In this document: positions 11,571 through 21,617 of the stretch, one piece after another
How positions within the stretch are numbered: the stretch's first letter is position 1
How the letters are laid out: each line of letters begins with the position of its first letter
Assembly: GCA_937925855.1 (NCBI GenBank)
Contig: CALAMO010000002.1
Location: forward strand, 16,020 to 80,019
DNA length: 64,000 bases
Direction: 5' to 3'
Source: an uncultured Thiotrichaceae bacterium
Lineage (GTDB): Bacteria > Pseudomonadota > Gammaproteobacteria > Thiotrichales > Thiotrichaceae
Program-made: the position numbers and the translations under genes
The notes under the pieces: generated by a model
The model's input: only the letters and a program-made list of their open reading frames with translations
Database searches by the model: none
Told to the model about the DNA's origin: nothing

Positions 11571-14366
11571 TTAGCTGATCAGTTCAGCCCAGTATTGCCG
11601 GATGCGGTCGCACTCTTTCTGAAACTGTGCATGAGGTACGACAGCCGCTTGTTCCTGTAGAGCCAAGGCATGTATCTGGTTCCTCAGCGTGCGGTAGGTG
11701 GTTGCTAGCTCGTCTGCTTGCGGTTCACTGAGCAGGTGTTTTTGCTGCAAGGACGCGAGCTGGCGAATATTATCGCTCCAACGGATGAGTTCAGGGTACT
11801 GATGTGCATGCGCCAAGATCAGGTATTGCACAATAAATTCGAGGTCAGTAATTCCGCCTTGGTCTTTCTTTAGATTAAAGACGGGTGGATCTGTTTCATT
11901 CTGCGCCTGTGTGCGCCACATTTTTTCACGCATGGCAACCACCTCCTCACGCAGCGTCTTTTGCTGGCGCGGCTGGCATAATACACGCTGTCGCACGGCA
12001 GCATAGCGTTGTTGCAGTGCGGCTGTGCCAGTGATCATGCGGGCGCGCAGCAGCGCCTGATGTTCCCAGGTCCAGGCCTTTTCCAGCTGGTACTGTTGTA
12101 AGGCGTCAATGCTACTGACTAATAGACCGGATTGCCCGCTGGGGCGCAGCCGAGTGTCAATCTCATACAGGCGGCCATCGTGGGTGTAGGTCGATAGGAT
12201 GTGAATAATTTTTTGGGCCAGCCGCACAAAGAATACGGAATTATCTAGGGGACGCGGTCCATTAGTGCGCTGCTGTTGACCGCTGCTATTATGGATAAAG
12301 ATAATATCCAAATCGGAATCATAGCCCAGTTCAAGCCCGCCTAGTTTACCGTAGGCGACAATACCAAAATCAGCTTCATAAGGCTGCCCTGCGATTTGAT
12401 AACTGGGAACGCCGTTTTGTGCGCTGAGCGCTCGCCAGACATGCTGCGTAGTGTATGTCAGAATAACTTCTGCAATCCAGGACAGTTGATCTGAGACCAC
12501 CATCAGCGGCAACACACCGCTGATGTCGGCGGCGGCCACTCGCAGGGTTTGTGCCAGCTTAAACTGGCGCAGGCGTGCCATCACACTTTCGGTATCATTA
12601 GGATCAATATTACGCATATCCTGCACAAGCGCTGCGTGCAGTTCACTGCGGTTGAGCGGCTGGTACAACTGGCGGGTGTCCAGCAGGCTGTCTAATAAAA
12701 TTGGATGCTGGGTAAGCTGGCTGCTAATCCAACTGCTGGCATGGACCAGTTTGACAAATTGTTCGGCAGCACTGACCTGATCGCCTAACATCGCAATATA
12801 ACCAGAGCGGCTGGCGATAGCCTGTACGACCTGTAGACTACGTTCTAGCGCTAACAGCGGATGAGTTTGCATTGCGCAAATACGGATGAGCGTGGGGATA
12901 AAACGATCTAGCCGTGCGCATGCGAGTTCGGTGAGTGATTGATAGCGGCGGCTGTCCCGCAGCTGCGTCAGCTGGTGCAGCGCTGCATCGGCTGGGGTAA
13001 ACCCCTGATCTGTGAGTAAATCAAGCGCCTGCTCGGTATCAGAGGGCGGTGGCCAGAGCGCGCTCAGTGCTTGCTGCGTTTTGTCGGCTGCGTCATCCAC
13101 CGCAAATATACGCTGAAAGACCGCACTCACCTGGGCTCTGTGTTGGTCTAATTGCGCTTTGAAATTGGCCCAGTCTGGCGTTTGCATTGATAAAGCCAGC
13201 TGCTGGCGCTGAAGTGGATCTTGCGGCAGCGCATGCACTTGCTCATCGTTCCACATCTGTAGGCGGTTTTCTGTACGCCTTAGGAAGCAATAGGCCGCTT
13301 GTAACGGCTGATAATCATCAGCACGCAGCAGCTGCAGCTGTTCCAATACTTGCAGGGTGGCTAATAGATTAGTGTGCTGGAGCGCGCTTAAGCGCCCGCC
13401 GCGCATGAGCTGGAATACCTGGACAGTGAACTCAATCTCACGGATGCCACCGCTACCGAGCTTAATATCCTGCTGCTTGCCGCTGCGCTGCGCCTCATGG
13501 TTGATTTTGTGTTTTAATTCGCGCAGCTGAGCGACCGCACCATAATCAAGGTAGCGGCGATAGATAAAGGGCTGTAAGCGCTGCTGTAGTTCAGCTCCCG
13601 CTGCGTTACCGTCCGTTATTAGGCGGGCTTTTATTAAGGCGTAGCGCTCCCATTCTCGGCCATGGGTTTGGTAATAATGCTCCATCGCATCGAAAGAAAG
13701 CGCGAGTGCTCCGGCGTCTCCAAACGGACGCAGCCGCATATCGACCCGATAGGCAAAGCCCGCAGCGGTCACCTGCGCTAAGCTGTTAATCACCTTCTGC
13801 CCGAGGCGGGTAAAAAAGGTTTGATTGTCCAACGCGCGGCGGCCATCGGTCTCCCCTGCTTCGGGAAAGGTAAAGATCAGATCAATGTCCGATGAAAAAT
13901 TAAGCTCATTGCCACCGAGCTTACCGAGGCCAAGAATCAGCAGCTGCTGCGGTGCACCAGTACGGTTATACGGCGTGCCATACTTTAGGCACAGTTGCGG
14001 ATACCACCAGTCCAATACGCCTGTGATCAGCGCGTCGGCTAGCGCTGAAGTATCGTGCATCGTTTCAGCGAGCGCGCTTAAGCCTGCGAGGTCACGCCAA
14101 GCAATACGCACGGTGTGCTGATGGCGAATTTGGCGAACATGATGCAGCAATTCATCTTCTGTGTTCACTGCGCGGAGTACGTTCTGGACGTGCTGTTTGA
14201 GCTGCCCCGCTGTGTAGGGCGGGCTATGCAAGATGGCTTCCCATTCTGGGTGAGCTGCCAGCTGGCCGCGCAGATAAGGACTAGCGTTCAACACTGCAGC
14301 CAGCTGCTGTTGAAACTTAGCGGGTGGTGCGGCCTGTAGGTGAGTCGTTGAATTTACAGCAGTCAT
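11571..14366 (-). CDS. glnE: Bifunctional glutamine synthetase adenylyltransferase/adenylyl-removing enzyme
   Basis: 931 aa. Two nucleotidyltransferase halves, each with GKLGG.EL...SD.DLIF. Confidence 0.95.
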   Translation of the reverse strand: MTAVNSTTHLQAAPPAKFQQQLAAVLNASPYLRGQLAAHPEWEAILHSPPYTAGQLKQHVQNVLRAVNTEDELLHHVRQIRHQHTVRIAWRDLAGLSALAETMHDTSALADALITGVLDWWYPQLCLKYGTPYNRTGAPQQLLILGLGKLGGNELNFSSDIDLIFTFPEAGETDGRRALDNQTFFTRLGQKVINSLAQVTAAGFAYRVDMRLRPFGDAGALALSFDAMEHYYQTHGREWERYALIKARLITDGNAAGAELQQRLQPFIYRRYLDYGAVAQLRELKHKINHEAQRSGKQQDIKLGSGGIREIEFTVQVFQLMRGGRLSALQHTNLLATLQVLEQLQLLRADDYQPLQAAYCFLRRTENRLQMWNDEQVHALPQDPLQRQQLALSMQTPDWANFKAQLDQHRAQVSAVFQRIFAVDDAADKTQQALSALWPPPSDTEQALDLLTDQGFTPADAALHQLTQLRDSRRYQSLTELACARLDRFIPTLIRICAMQTHPLLALERSLQVVQAIASRSGYIAMLGDQVSAAEQFVKLVHASSWISSQLTQHPILLDSLLDTRQLYQPLNRSELHAALVQDMRNIDPNDTESVMARLRQFKLAQTLRVAAADISGVLPLMVVSDQLSWIAEVILTYTTQHVWRALSAQNGVPSYQIAGQPYEADFGIVAYGKLGGLELGYDSDLDIIFIHNSSGQQQRTNGPRPLDNSVFFVRLAQKIIHILSTYTHDGRLYEIDTRLRPSGQSGLLVSSIDALQQYQLEKAWTWEHQALLRARMITGTAALQQRYAAVRQRVLCQPRQQKTLREEVVAMREKMWRTQAQNETDPPVFNLKKDQGGITDLEFIVQYLILAHAHQYPELIRWSDNIRQLASLQQKHLLSEPQADELATTYRTLRNQIHALALQEQAAVVPHAQFQKECDRIRQYWAELIS

Positions 14367-14568
14367 CCTGCCCCCGTGATCATCATGAAAGTACGTGCGC
14401 GGTGAAGATTATACCTGATCTCTCGTTGGGCCCCAGCAGGCTAGCCTCATGGGCGTATGATTAGCCCTATTAATAGCCTCTTTCATGAATGCAGCTATCA
14501 GGCGAGGTAAAGCCCGTAATTTTTGTTAAATTTTGCTTATCGTAGCGCTGCTGAATTAGAGTGTACCT

Positions 14569-15723
14569 ATGCATATTGAAATCGTTTCCAGTCTTGATCA
14601 AGTTTCGCCGACGCAGTGGAATGCGTTAGTGCATGATAATAATCCGTTTGTGCGCCATGAATTTCTGGCCGCTTTAGAGCACCATGGCTGTGTTGGGGAG
14701 AAATTTGGCTGGCTGCCGCGCCATGTTCTGATCTATGAGGGTGAGGCATTGATCGGGGCGATGCCGTTGTATGAAAAATATAACTCCTACGGCGAGTTTG
14801 TGTTTGATCATGCCTGGGCGAACGCTTATAAACACCACGGGCTGGACTATTATCCCAAGCTGGTTGCGGCCATCCCCTACACACCGGCCAGCGGCCAGCG
14901 CCTGCTCGCTCAGGCGGGTCAGGAAGCAGAAATCTATCCGGCCCTGCTCGCCACCGCGCAGCACCTGGCGAATGAACTGGTTGCCAGCGGCGTGCATTAC
15001 CTGTTTGCTAACGCTGATGAACAGGGCTGGCTGGAAGACCAAACCGACATTGCCACGCGCCACGACTGTCAGTTTCACTGGCGTAATTTCGACTATAAAC
15101 ACTTCGATGATTTTTTAGCGACGCTGAGTTCCAAAAAGCGTAAAAATATCCGGCAGGAACGCCGCAAAGTCACTGATAGCGGCGTGCAACTCCGCATTCT
15201 TGATGGGCATACCGCCAGCGCAGAAGACTGGCAACGCTTTGCTTTTTTCTACACGCATACCTTTGAGAGTAAATGGGGTATGCCCACCCTAAATGCGGGT
15301 TTTTTTACGGAGGTAGCGGAGAAATTACCGGACCAGGTGGTGCTGGTGCTGGCCGATTTAGACGGGCAGTGCATTGCCGGTTCACTGATGTATCGCAGTG
15401 CGACCCGGCTGTTTGGGCGGCACTGGGGCTGCGTTGAATATGTGGATCATTTGCATTTTGAAGCCTGCTACTATCAGGGTATCGAATACGCGATTAAGCA
15501 CGGTCTGAGCGTGTTTGAGCCGGGCGCGCAGGGTGAACATAAAGTGCCGCGTGGTTTCATCCCTACTTTGACCCGTTCCAGCCACTGGCTCAGCAGTGAC
15601 ATGTTCCGTCAGCCAGTGCTGCAGCACTGTGCGCACGAGCGTGAGGGGGTGGCACATTATATCGAATCGGTGCGAGAGCATATGCCGTATCGGGCTGAAT
15701 TTGTGGCTGAGCACCTGAGCTGA
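14569..15723 (+). CDS. FemAB-like / DUF482-type GNAT-fold N-acyltransferase family protein
   Basis: 384 aa. The N-terminus (WNALV...NPFVRHEFLAALEHHGCVG) and the length are typical for this conserved family. Confidence 0.8.
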   Translation: MHIEIVSSLDQVSPTQWNALVHDNNPFVRHEFLAALEHHGCVGEKFGWLPRHVLIYEGEALIGAMPLYEKYNSYGEFVFDHAWANAYKHHGLDYYPKLVAAIPYTPASGQRLLAQAGQEAEIYPALLATAQHLANELVASGVHYLFANADEQGWLEDQTDIATRHDCQFHWRNFDYKHFDDFLATLSSKKRKNIRQERRKVTDSGVQLRILDGHTASAEDWQRFAFFYTHTFESKWGMPTLNAGFFTEVAEKLPDQVVLVLADLDGQCIAGSLMYRSATRLFGRHWGCVEYVDHLHFEACYYQGIEYAIKHGLSVFEPGAQGEHKVPRGFIPTLTRSSHWLSSDMFRQPVLQHCAHEREGVAHYIESVREHMPYRAEFVAEHLS

Positions 15724-15792
15724 GTAGCGTGCAGATGAGCGCTTATAATCGGCGATTGAACGCTGTGTAGTGATACGGGCAGACGGCTAAAC

Positions 15793-16218
15793 ATGGCATA
15801 TTTTTCGCTGTTTCTATCTGCTCTGCTGGCGGCAACGCTGCTGCCTGCGCAGTCCGAAGGCTTGCTGGCGGCGCTTATTCTTGAAGGGTCTTACTTTTTC
15901 TGGGGGTTGATCTTGGTGGCCAGCGTCGGCAATACGCTGGGGTCGGTGGTGAATTGGTGGTTAGGCTATCACTTGCAGCGCTTCCAGGATCGGCGTTGGT
16001 TTCCGTTTAGTAGAGGGAGTATTGAAAAAGCTGGAGAGCGTTTGCGGCGCTATGGTTTGTGGTCGCTTTTATTGAGTTGGGTGCCGGTGATTGGTGACCC
16101 GATTACCTTAGTGGCAGGTTTTTTGCGGGTGCGGTTCTGGGTGTTTTTGGGATTAGTGGCGTTGGCTAAGACAGCGCGCTACTTAGTCATTGGGCTGCCA
16201 ATTTATAGCTGGGGTTAA
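15793..16218 (+). CDS. YqaA/DedA-related small membrane protein
   Basis: 141 aa. Hydrophobic. The LLSWVPVIGDPITLVAGFLRV motif is typical of YqaA-like proteins. Confidence 0.78.
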   Translation: MAYFSLFLSALLAATLLPAQSEGLLAALILEGSYFFWGLILVASVGNTLGSVVNWWLGYHLQRFQDRRWFPFSRGSIEKAGERLRRYGLWSLLLSWVPVIGDPITLVAGFLRVRFWVFLGLVALAKTARYLVIGLPIYSWG

Positions 16219-16240
16219 GGCATTGGCCATAAAGCGGCGA

Positions 16241-16267
16241 ATAAAGAACCCGACCTAGGCCGGGTTC
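16241..16267 (-). terminator. Probable intrinsic terminator of the hsp20 pair
   Basis: On the minus strand, GAACCCG-GCCTAGGT-CGGGTTC is followed by TTTATT. It lies 27 nt past the stop at 16294. Confidence 0.5.
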
Positions 16268-16293
16268 GCTGGAGGTAGATTAGTGAGACCGAC

Positions 16294-16716
16294 TTATCCG
16301 ACTTGCACCTCGATCTTACGCGGTTTGGCATGTTCCGCTTTTGGGATATGCAGGCTGAGCACGCCGTCGGCCTGTGAGGCTTCAATCTTTGTGCTGTCCA
16401 GTTCCCGGCTCAGGGTAAAGGCGCGCTGATAGCGTGCAGTCTTAACCTCGGCATAGGTGCTCTTCATGCCCGTGACCTGCGGCAGCTTAATATCTCCGGC
16501 CAGCGTCAGCAGACCATCTTCGACTTTCACTTCGACCGCGTCTTTGGGTACACCCGGCATTTCTGCCGTGAGGGTGAAGCCGTCTTCCGCTTCGGTAATA
16601 TTTACCAACGGGCGAAGGCTCACGCGGTGTTGGGTAGCATTCTCAGTGGCGATATCCGCAGTGTAAGTGCGATTGGTCGCGTTATCGGTAGTTGTCATTT
16701 CATGCTTACTCATCAT
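16294..16716 (-). CDS. Small heat-shock protein, Hsp20/alpha-crystallin family (downstream copy)
   Basis: Alpha-crystallin domain (FTLTAEMPGVPKDAVEVKVEDGLLTLAG). I prefer the start ATGATG at 16716 because AGGAGA sits 5-6 nt upstream and it removes the overlap with the upstream hsp20. Confidence 0.88.
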   Translation of the reverse strand: MMSKHEMTTTDNATNRTYTADIATENATQHRVSLRPLVNITEAEDGFTLTAEMPGVPKDAVEVKVEDGLLTLAGDIKLPQVTGMKSTYAEVKTARYQRAFTLSRELDSTKIEASQADGVLSLHIPKAEHAKPRKIEVQVG

Positions 16717-16801
16717 GTGTCTCCTGTTTACTTCGACTCCGCAGGCGAGTATGCCTGCGGGTGCAATCTGTTTTTGTACTTTAGGCAGCCTGTCGCGGCC
16801 A

Positions 16802-17272
16802 TTAGTGAATCGCAATACGCTTGGGTAAAGCCTCTGCGTGCCGCTGGATACTGATTTTAAGCACGCCATCCTGACAGCTGGCGCTGACGTTGTTAACGTC
16901 TACGTCTTCTGGCAGCGTGATCACTCGTTTGAATTTGCCGGAGAAGCGTTCCTGTGCATACAGCGTGGTCTTTTTGTCATCAGCGTTGTGCTTAAGCTGA
17001 CGCTCCCCCTCGATGGTTAGTCGATTTTTGTCGATTTGTAACTGAATGCTGTCGGCGGCAACACCGGGAACAAAAACCAACACCTCGACCGAGCTATCTG
17101 TTGTGCCAAGATTAATCGCTGGAAAAGTACCGCGTGCTATTGGGCGAATATTAGATACAATACTGCGTCCGCCGAACTGTTGCTGCAGCTGTTCCAACTC
17201 GTTAAACAGTTTGTTGGGAAAAGCCGAGTGGTTGAACAGGCCGTCAGTCAAATTGAATAATGAACCGTACAT
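16802..17272 (-). CDS. Small heat-shock protein, Hsp20/alpha-crystallin family (upstream copy)
   Basis: 156 aa. Alpha-crystallin domain (VEVLVFVPGVAADSIQLQIDKNRLTIEGER). GGAG precedes the ATG. Confidence 0.9.
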   Translation of the reverse strand: MYGSLFNLTDGLFNHSAFPNKLFNELEQLQQQFGGRSIVSNIRPIARGTFPAINLGTTDSSVEVLVFVPGVAADSIQLQIDKNRLTIEGERQLKHNADDKKTTLYAQERFSGKFKRVITLPEDVDVNNVSASCQDGVLKISIQRHAEALPKRIAIH

Positions 17273-17310
17273 TGAAAATCTCCGTTAATGACATCGTCTA
17301 TGGTTCAGTA

Positions 17311-17338
17311 AGTAGGGGCGCGGCAATAAATCTTCAAG
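17311..17338 (-). promoter_or_regulatory. Candidate sigma32 (heat-shock) promoter for the hsp20 pair
   Basis: The minus strand reads CTTGAA-N14-CCCCTACT, against the consensus CTTGAA-N13-15-CCCCATNT. Confidence 0.55.
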
Positions 17339-17396
17339 TGTTAGCGAAAAAAAACTTGACAAAACGTGATTTTAATAAAAATGACACTTTGTCAGT

Positions 17397-17425
17397 CTTG
17401 AGTTTTAAGAAACTGCCCCCACATA
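17397..17425 (+). promoter_or_regulatory. Candidate sigma32 promoter for cbpA
   Basis: The plus strand reads CTTGAG-N14-CCCCACAT, ~80 nt upstream of GTG 17503. Confidence 0.55.
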
Positions 17426-17502
17426 GGGCGTAGGAATTGGCCTGATGCTGTGGTTTACCGTGTAGTAATAGCAGTGTGAGAACAGGCTTTTAGGAGTTTT
17501 AC

Positions 17503-18423
17503 GTGGAATATAAAGACTACTACAAAATACTTGGGGTAGCGCGCAATGCCACTGCAGATGACATTAGAACAGCCTACCGCAGGCTAGCGAAAAAATATCA
17601 TCCCGATGTTAGTAAAGAGGCAGATGCCGAAGTGCGCTTTAAGGAAGTGGGCGAGGCATATGAAGTTTTAAAAGACCCTGAAAAGCGGGCGGCTTATGAC
17701 CGTTTGGGTTCCAATTGGAAACAGGGTGAGCAATTTCGACCACCGCCGGATTGGGGTAACCAGTTTGACTTTGGCGGAGCGCAGGGTGGTGGTAGTGCTG
17801 ATTTCAGTGACTTCTTCTCTTCTATTTTCGGCGGTGGGTTTAATGCGGGTTCCAGCGGCGGGCGCAGACAACAGCGCCGAGCGGGACGGGGGACTGATCA
17901 GCAGGCGACGATTCGGATTGACCTGGAAGATGCCTTACAGGGCGCGAAACGTAATTTTACCCTGAATAATAATCTTGGCGGACAGCGCACCCTCACGGTG
18001 AATATCCCCAAAGGCATTAAAGCCGGGCAAAAAATTCGGTTAAGTGGCCAAGGCAGTCCCGGTGCGGCGGGAGCGGGTGATCTATTATTAGAGATTGCGT
18101 TTAATCCCCATCCGTTTTACACCATCGAAGGGCGTGATTTATACCTGACTGTGCCGATTGCGCCGTGGGAAGCGATGTTGGGTGCCAGCATAAAAGTCCC
18201 GGTGCCGGGCGGCGGCAGCGCCGGTATTAAAATTCCTGCGGATTCACGCTCAGGGCGCAAGATGCGGCTTAAGGCCAAAGGTATTCCCGGCACGCCAGCG
18301 GGCGATCTGTATTTGGTGTTAGAGGTGGTGCTACCGCCAGCGGATACGGATAGAGCTAAGGCGCTGTATGAAAAAATGGCGGAGGAAATGCCGTTTAACC
18401 CTCGGAGTGGGTTGGGCGTTTGA
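17503..18423 (+). CDS. cbpA: Curved-DNA-binding protein CbpA (DnaJ-family co-chaperone without a zinc-finger domain)
   Basis: J-domain (DYYKILGV...KKYHPDVS), a G/F-rich region, no CxxCxGxG repeats, 306 aa. Confidence 0.87.
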   Translation: MEYKDYYKILGVARNATADDIRTAYRRLAKKYHPDVSKEADAEVRFKEVGEAYEVLKDPEKRAAYDRLGSNWKQGEQFRPPPDWGNQFDFGGAQGGGSADFSDFFSSIFGGGFNAGSSGGRRQQRRAGRGTDQQATIRIDLEDALQGAKRNFTLNNNLGGQRTLTVNIPKGIKAGQKIRLSGQGSPGAAGAGDLLLEIAFNPHPFYTIEGRDLYLTVPIAPWEAMLGASIKVPVPGGGSAGIKIPADSRSGRKMRLKAKGIPGTPAGDLYLVLEVVLPPADTDRAKALYEKMAEEMPFNPRSGLGV

Positions 18424-18528
18424 CGATGTGGGCGACCTACTCCCTGCTATTGCCCTGGCTGTATGATTGGCAGCTATAGCCTGTTGCCCATTGTGCTTAT
18501 GGGGGGGGTGCCGCGCTCGCAAGCTGCG

Positions 18529-19254
18529 CTACTGCTTCCGGTACAGTAAATCCCAAACGCCGTGTCCGAGCTTGATACCACGGGTTTCAAATTTGGTGAT
18601 TGGCCGGTAATCTGGGCGCGGCGCATAGGGAAAATGCGTGTCTGTCGCCGCAACGGTATTACTGAACTCAGGACTGGCCTGCATTACCTCTACCATATGC
18701 AGCGCATAATCCTCCCAGTCGGTTGCGAGGTGGAAGCTGCCTCCCGGTTTTAGTAAGGTGGCGACCAAGTTCACAAAAGGGGGTTGTACGATACGGCGCT
18801 TATTGTGACGCTTTTTATGCCAAGGATCAGGAAAGTAAAGCTGTAGCCGGTGCAGCGAGGCCGCTGGAATACGGGTTTTTAAAATGTCTACGGCATCGCT
18901 ATTCATCACCCGCACGTTGCTGAGCTGATATTCATTGATTAAGTGTAAGAGATGACCAACGCCGGGGCCGTGCACCTCAATACCGATAAAATTCTCATCT
19001 CGGTTAGCGCGTGCCATCTGCGCCAGCGAATCACCGTTGCCAAAGCCAATTTCCAGATTGACGGGCGCTTCATTGCCAAACAGTGTGCGGTAGTCGAGCA
19101 GCTGTGCCGAATCGGGAGTGGCTGGCGCTTCAATGCCAAACAGCGGCCAGAAGTTTTCCAGCGCATACTGCTGGCCCTTAGTCAGGCGACCCTGACGCAG
19201 GACGAAGCTTTTAATGGGGCGGTGGGCGTTAGCGGAATGATCTGAAGTGCTCAT
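18529..19254 (-). CDS. trmB: tRNA (guanine46-N7)-methyltransferase
   Basis: 241 aa. LEIGFGNG SAM motif and LYFPDPWHKKRHNKRR signature. Confidence 0.93.
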   Translation of the reverse strand: MSTSDHSANAHRPIKSFVLRQGRLTKGQQYALENFWPLFGIEAPATPDSAQLLDYRTLFGNEAPVNLEIGFGNGDSLAQMARANRDENFIGIEVHGPGVGHLLHLINEYQLSNVRVMNSDAVDILKTRIPAASLHRLQLYFPDPWHKKRHNKRRIVQPPFVNLVATLLKPGGSFHLATDWEDYALHMVEVMQASPEFSNTVAATDTHFPYAPRPDYRPITKFETRGIKLGHGVWDLLYRKQ

Positions 19255-19308
19255 GGTGGTTCTGTTGCGGGCTAGATTAACAATAATTGGAATCGGAACG
19301 TGGCTGCT

Positions 19309-20133
19309 CTAAGCTGATGAGCTATCCGTCGTGGGGATATAACTCGCCCAATCCGGTGGATTTTTACCACAGACCAGAAACGGTGGATTAAGCAGCGAGT
19401 CCTTGGTGTTATAGCGCAAGGGAGAGCCATCGGTTTGGGTGATGTCGCCGCCCGCTTCTTGCACAATAATGTGTGCAGCGGCGGTATCCCACTCGGACGT
19501 TGGCCCCAGACGTGGATACACATCAGCCTGACCATCAGCGACCAGACAGGCTTTTAAGATACTGCCCATGGAGACCAACTCGGTTTCGCCCAGCTCGGTG
19601 CTTACCTTTCGCAGGAAACGCTTCAAAGAATCACCCGCATGTGAACGACTGCCAACGACGGTAACCGGCTTAGCTAACTCACGCGCATTCAGCGCAACCA
19701 CGGTCTCCCCACTTTGCTTAAAGGCGCCGTTGCCCAAGCTGGCATACCAAGTCGTGTCGATCACGGGGGCATGAACCACACCTAATACTGGCTCATGCTG
19801 ATGAATCAGCGCAATCAGCACGCTAAATTCGCCATTCTGCTTAATAAATTCACGGGTACCGTCCAGTGGGTCAACCAGCCAGTAAGTCGACCATGTTTGA
19901 CGCTCCTCAAAAGGAATCTTGACCGATTCTTCTGATAACACCGGATAGTCCGGCGTGAGCGCTGTCAACGCTGCCAAGATGTGCTGGTGAGAAGCAATAT
20001 CAGCCGCAGTGAGCGGCGAATCGTCGGCCTTATGCTCGATGGAAAAATCAGCCGTTTCATAGACGGCCATGATTTTTGCGCCCGCTTCAAGCGCCAAAGC
20101 ATGCACAGCTTCAGTCAGTGTTTCAAGGTTCAT
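19309..20133 (-). CDS. cysQ: 3'(2'),5'-bisphosphate nucleotidase
   Basis: Inositol-monophosphatase fold motifs (WLVDPLDGTREF, EWDTAAAH). 274 aa. Confidence 0.9.
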   Translation of the reverse strand: MNLETLTEAVHALALEAGAKIMAVYETADFSIEHKADDSPLTAADIASHQHILAALTALTPDYPVLSEESVKIPFEERQTWSTYWLVDPLDGTREFIKQNGEFSVLIALIHQHEPVLGVVHAPVIDTTWYASLGNGAFKQSGETVVALNARELAKPVTVVGSRSHAGDSLKRFLRKVSTELGETELVSMGSILKACLVADGQADVYPRLGPTSEWDTAAAHIIVQEAGGDITQTDGSPLRYNTKDSLLNPPFLVCGKNPPDWASYIPTTDSSSA

Positions 20134-20241
20134 GGCGACGGTGTAGACCTGTCCGCGAAAAAAAACGTAACCATAGCACTCAGCGTCCTTGTGGGGTAGC
20201 CCTCATTCAGTGCTTAAGGTTCCGCGCTACCTTTTTACAGG

Positions 20242-21510
20242 CTAATCTACGCGGTCTAGCTTACGCAGCGCACTAGGCAGTAAGCGCAGGTCTGCTAGCC
20301 CAGCGACCAGTGCCTTACCCAGCGTCGCCTCGTCCTCATAAACCATCTTATACAGCTGCACTTTCATTGTGAGCGCGCTGCTGAGTATGATGCTAAACAA
20401 GGTGATAAATGATCCCAGCGCCAGCGTTGAGATGCCGGTGATACCCTGTCCGATGGTACAGCCCAGCGCCAGTACGCCACCAACGCCCATTAATACTGCC
20501 CCTATCAAGTGCGTACTGAAGTCTTTAGCGTTAGCAAACCACTCGAAGCGAAAGCTGCGTGTCACCAGTGACCAAATAAATGAACCCGCGACTACGCCTA
20601 AAAACGCCATAATGCCAAAGGTTAACAGGGCGGGATTAAAGCCGCTCATGCCATAGCCCAGCGTTTGACCCATAGGGTTGATGAAGGTAAAGGACTGTGG
20701 ATTAAGGCCGCTGCCCGCCGCGGGTCGACCTGTATCAGAATCTGCCAGCATATCCCATTCGCTGTAATAGCCGAACAGGCTCATGGTCTCACCATCCGCA
20801 TCAACCCGGATAGTGCTAGTCACATACCACGCGGCCAGGACGCACAGGCCAATAATCACCCCGCCCCAGAGGTGGTCGCTATTCCGGCGAAACTCACTGG
20901 ATTTAAAGATCAGTGCCAGCAGCGCGACACCTAAGGCTAGACCCACCAGTAAGCGGGTATGCAGTGCGCCTGTTTCACCGGAAATCATTGAGCCGAGGTC
21001 TTGCCCTGTGTTCAGTGAAACGCTGAAAGGCTGCAGCCAGGGGTAAAATAAAGCGGAGTATAAGGTGATGTCAGTGCCGGGAAAGGGGGTCACCATAAAG
21101 TAGGCGATGAGGGCGATGACCAGAATGACGAACACGGATTTCAGGTTGCCACCGCCGAGACGCACCATGCACTTGTTGCCACAGCCGCTGGCCAGTGTCA
21201 TACCGATACCAAAGAGCAAGCCCCCCAATAGGTTTTCCAGCCAAATAAAGCTGCTACTGCGATAAGGAGGAAAGGAGCGGTCGGCCTGCACGGCATCCAC
21301 TGATTCTAGGACGACGACGCCAATCAGCGCGACCGCAATGGCCAGGAGCCAGGAGCGGAAGCGCCCCATATCACCGATGTTCACCCAGTCAGACACGGCC
21401 CCCATTGTACAAAAATTGGTTTTGCTGGCGGTGGCGCCCATAATGAAGGCCAGCACAAAGCCGGTACATAATAAAAACCATTGAGCTGATTCAAAATTTT
21501 CAAATGTCAT
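20242..21510 (-). CDS. YeeE/YedE-family inner-membrane protein (putative sulfur-compound transporter)
   Basis: 422 aa and polytopic. Two Cys-containing re-entrant motifs (LASGCGNKC and LALGCTIGQG) are typical of the family. Confidence 0.78.
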   Translation of the reverse strand: MTFENFESAQWFLLCTGFVLAFIMGATASKTNFCTMGAVSDWVNIGDMGRFRSWLLAIAVALIGVVVLESVDAVQADRSFPPYRSSSFIWLENLLGGLLFGIGMTLASGCGNKCMVRLGGGNLKSVFVILVIALIAYFMVTPFPGTDITLYSALFYPWLQPFSVSLNTGQDLGSMISGETGALHTRLLVGLALGVALLALIFKSSEFRRNSDHLWGGVIIGLCVLAAWYVTSTIRVDADGETMSLFGYYSEWDMLADSDTGRPAAGSGLNPQSFTFINPMGQTLGYGMSGFNPALLTFGIMAFLGVVAGSFIWSLVTRSFRFEWFANAKDFSTHLIGAVLMGVGGVLALGCTIGQGITGISTLALGSFITLFSIILSSALTMKVQLYKMVYEDEATLGKALVAGLADLRLLPSALRKLDRVD

Positions 21511-21617
21511 GACACGCTATCCTTTCAAACGGCTTATTCACTCAGCGCTAGTATATAAGCTAGCGCGGAGGATAAATAATCGTACTGAAGAGATAGAGAT
21601 CATATCGGCTATGGGCA

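Noticed and set aside
16717-16869. N-terminal 51-aa extension of the downstream hsp20 ORF, as given in the ORF track
   Set aside because: It would overlap the upstream hsp20 gene by 68 nt. An internal ATG at 16716 has a good AGGAGA SD and yields a normal-size (140 aa) Hsp20.
18424-18528. Looked for a cbpM-like gene downstream of cbpA
   Set aside because: Only ~100 nt separate cbpA from the convergent trmB. The single 17-codon ORF there has no support.
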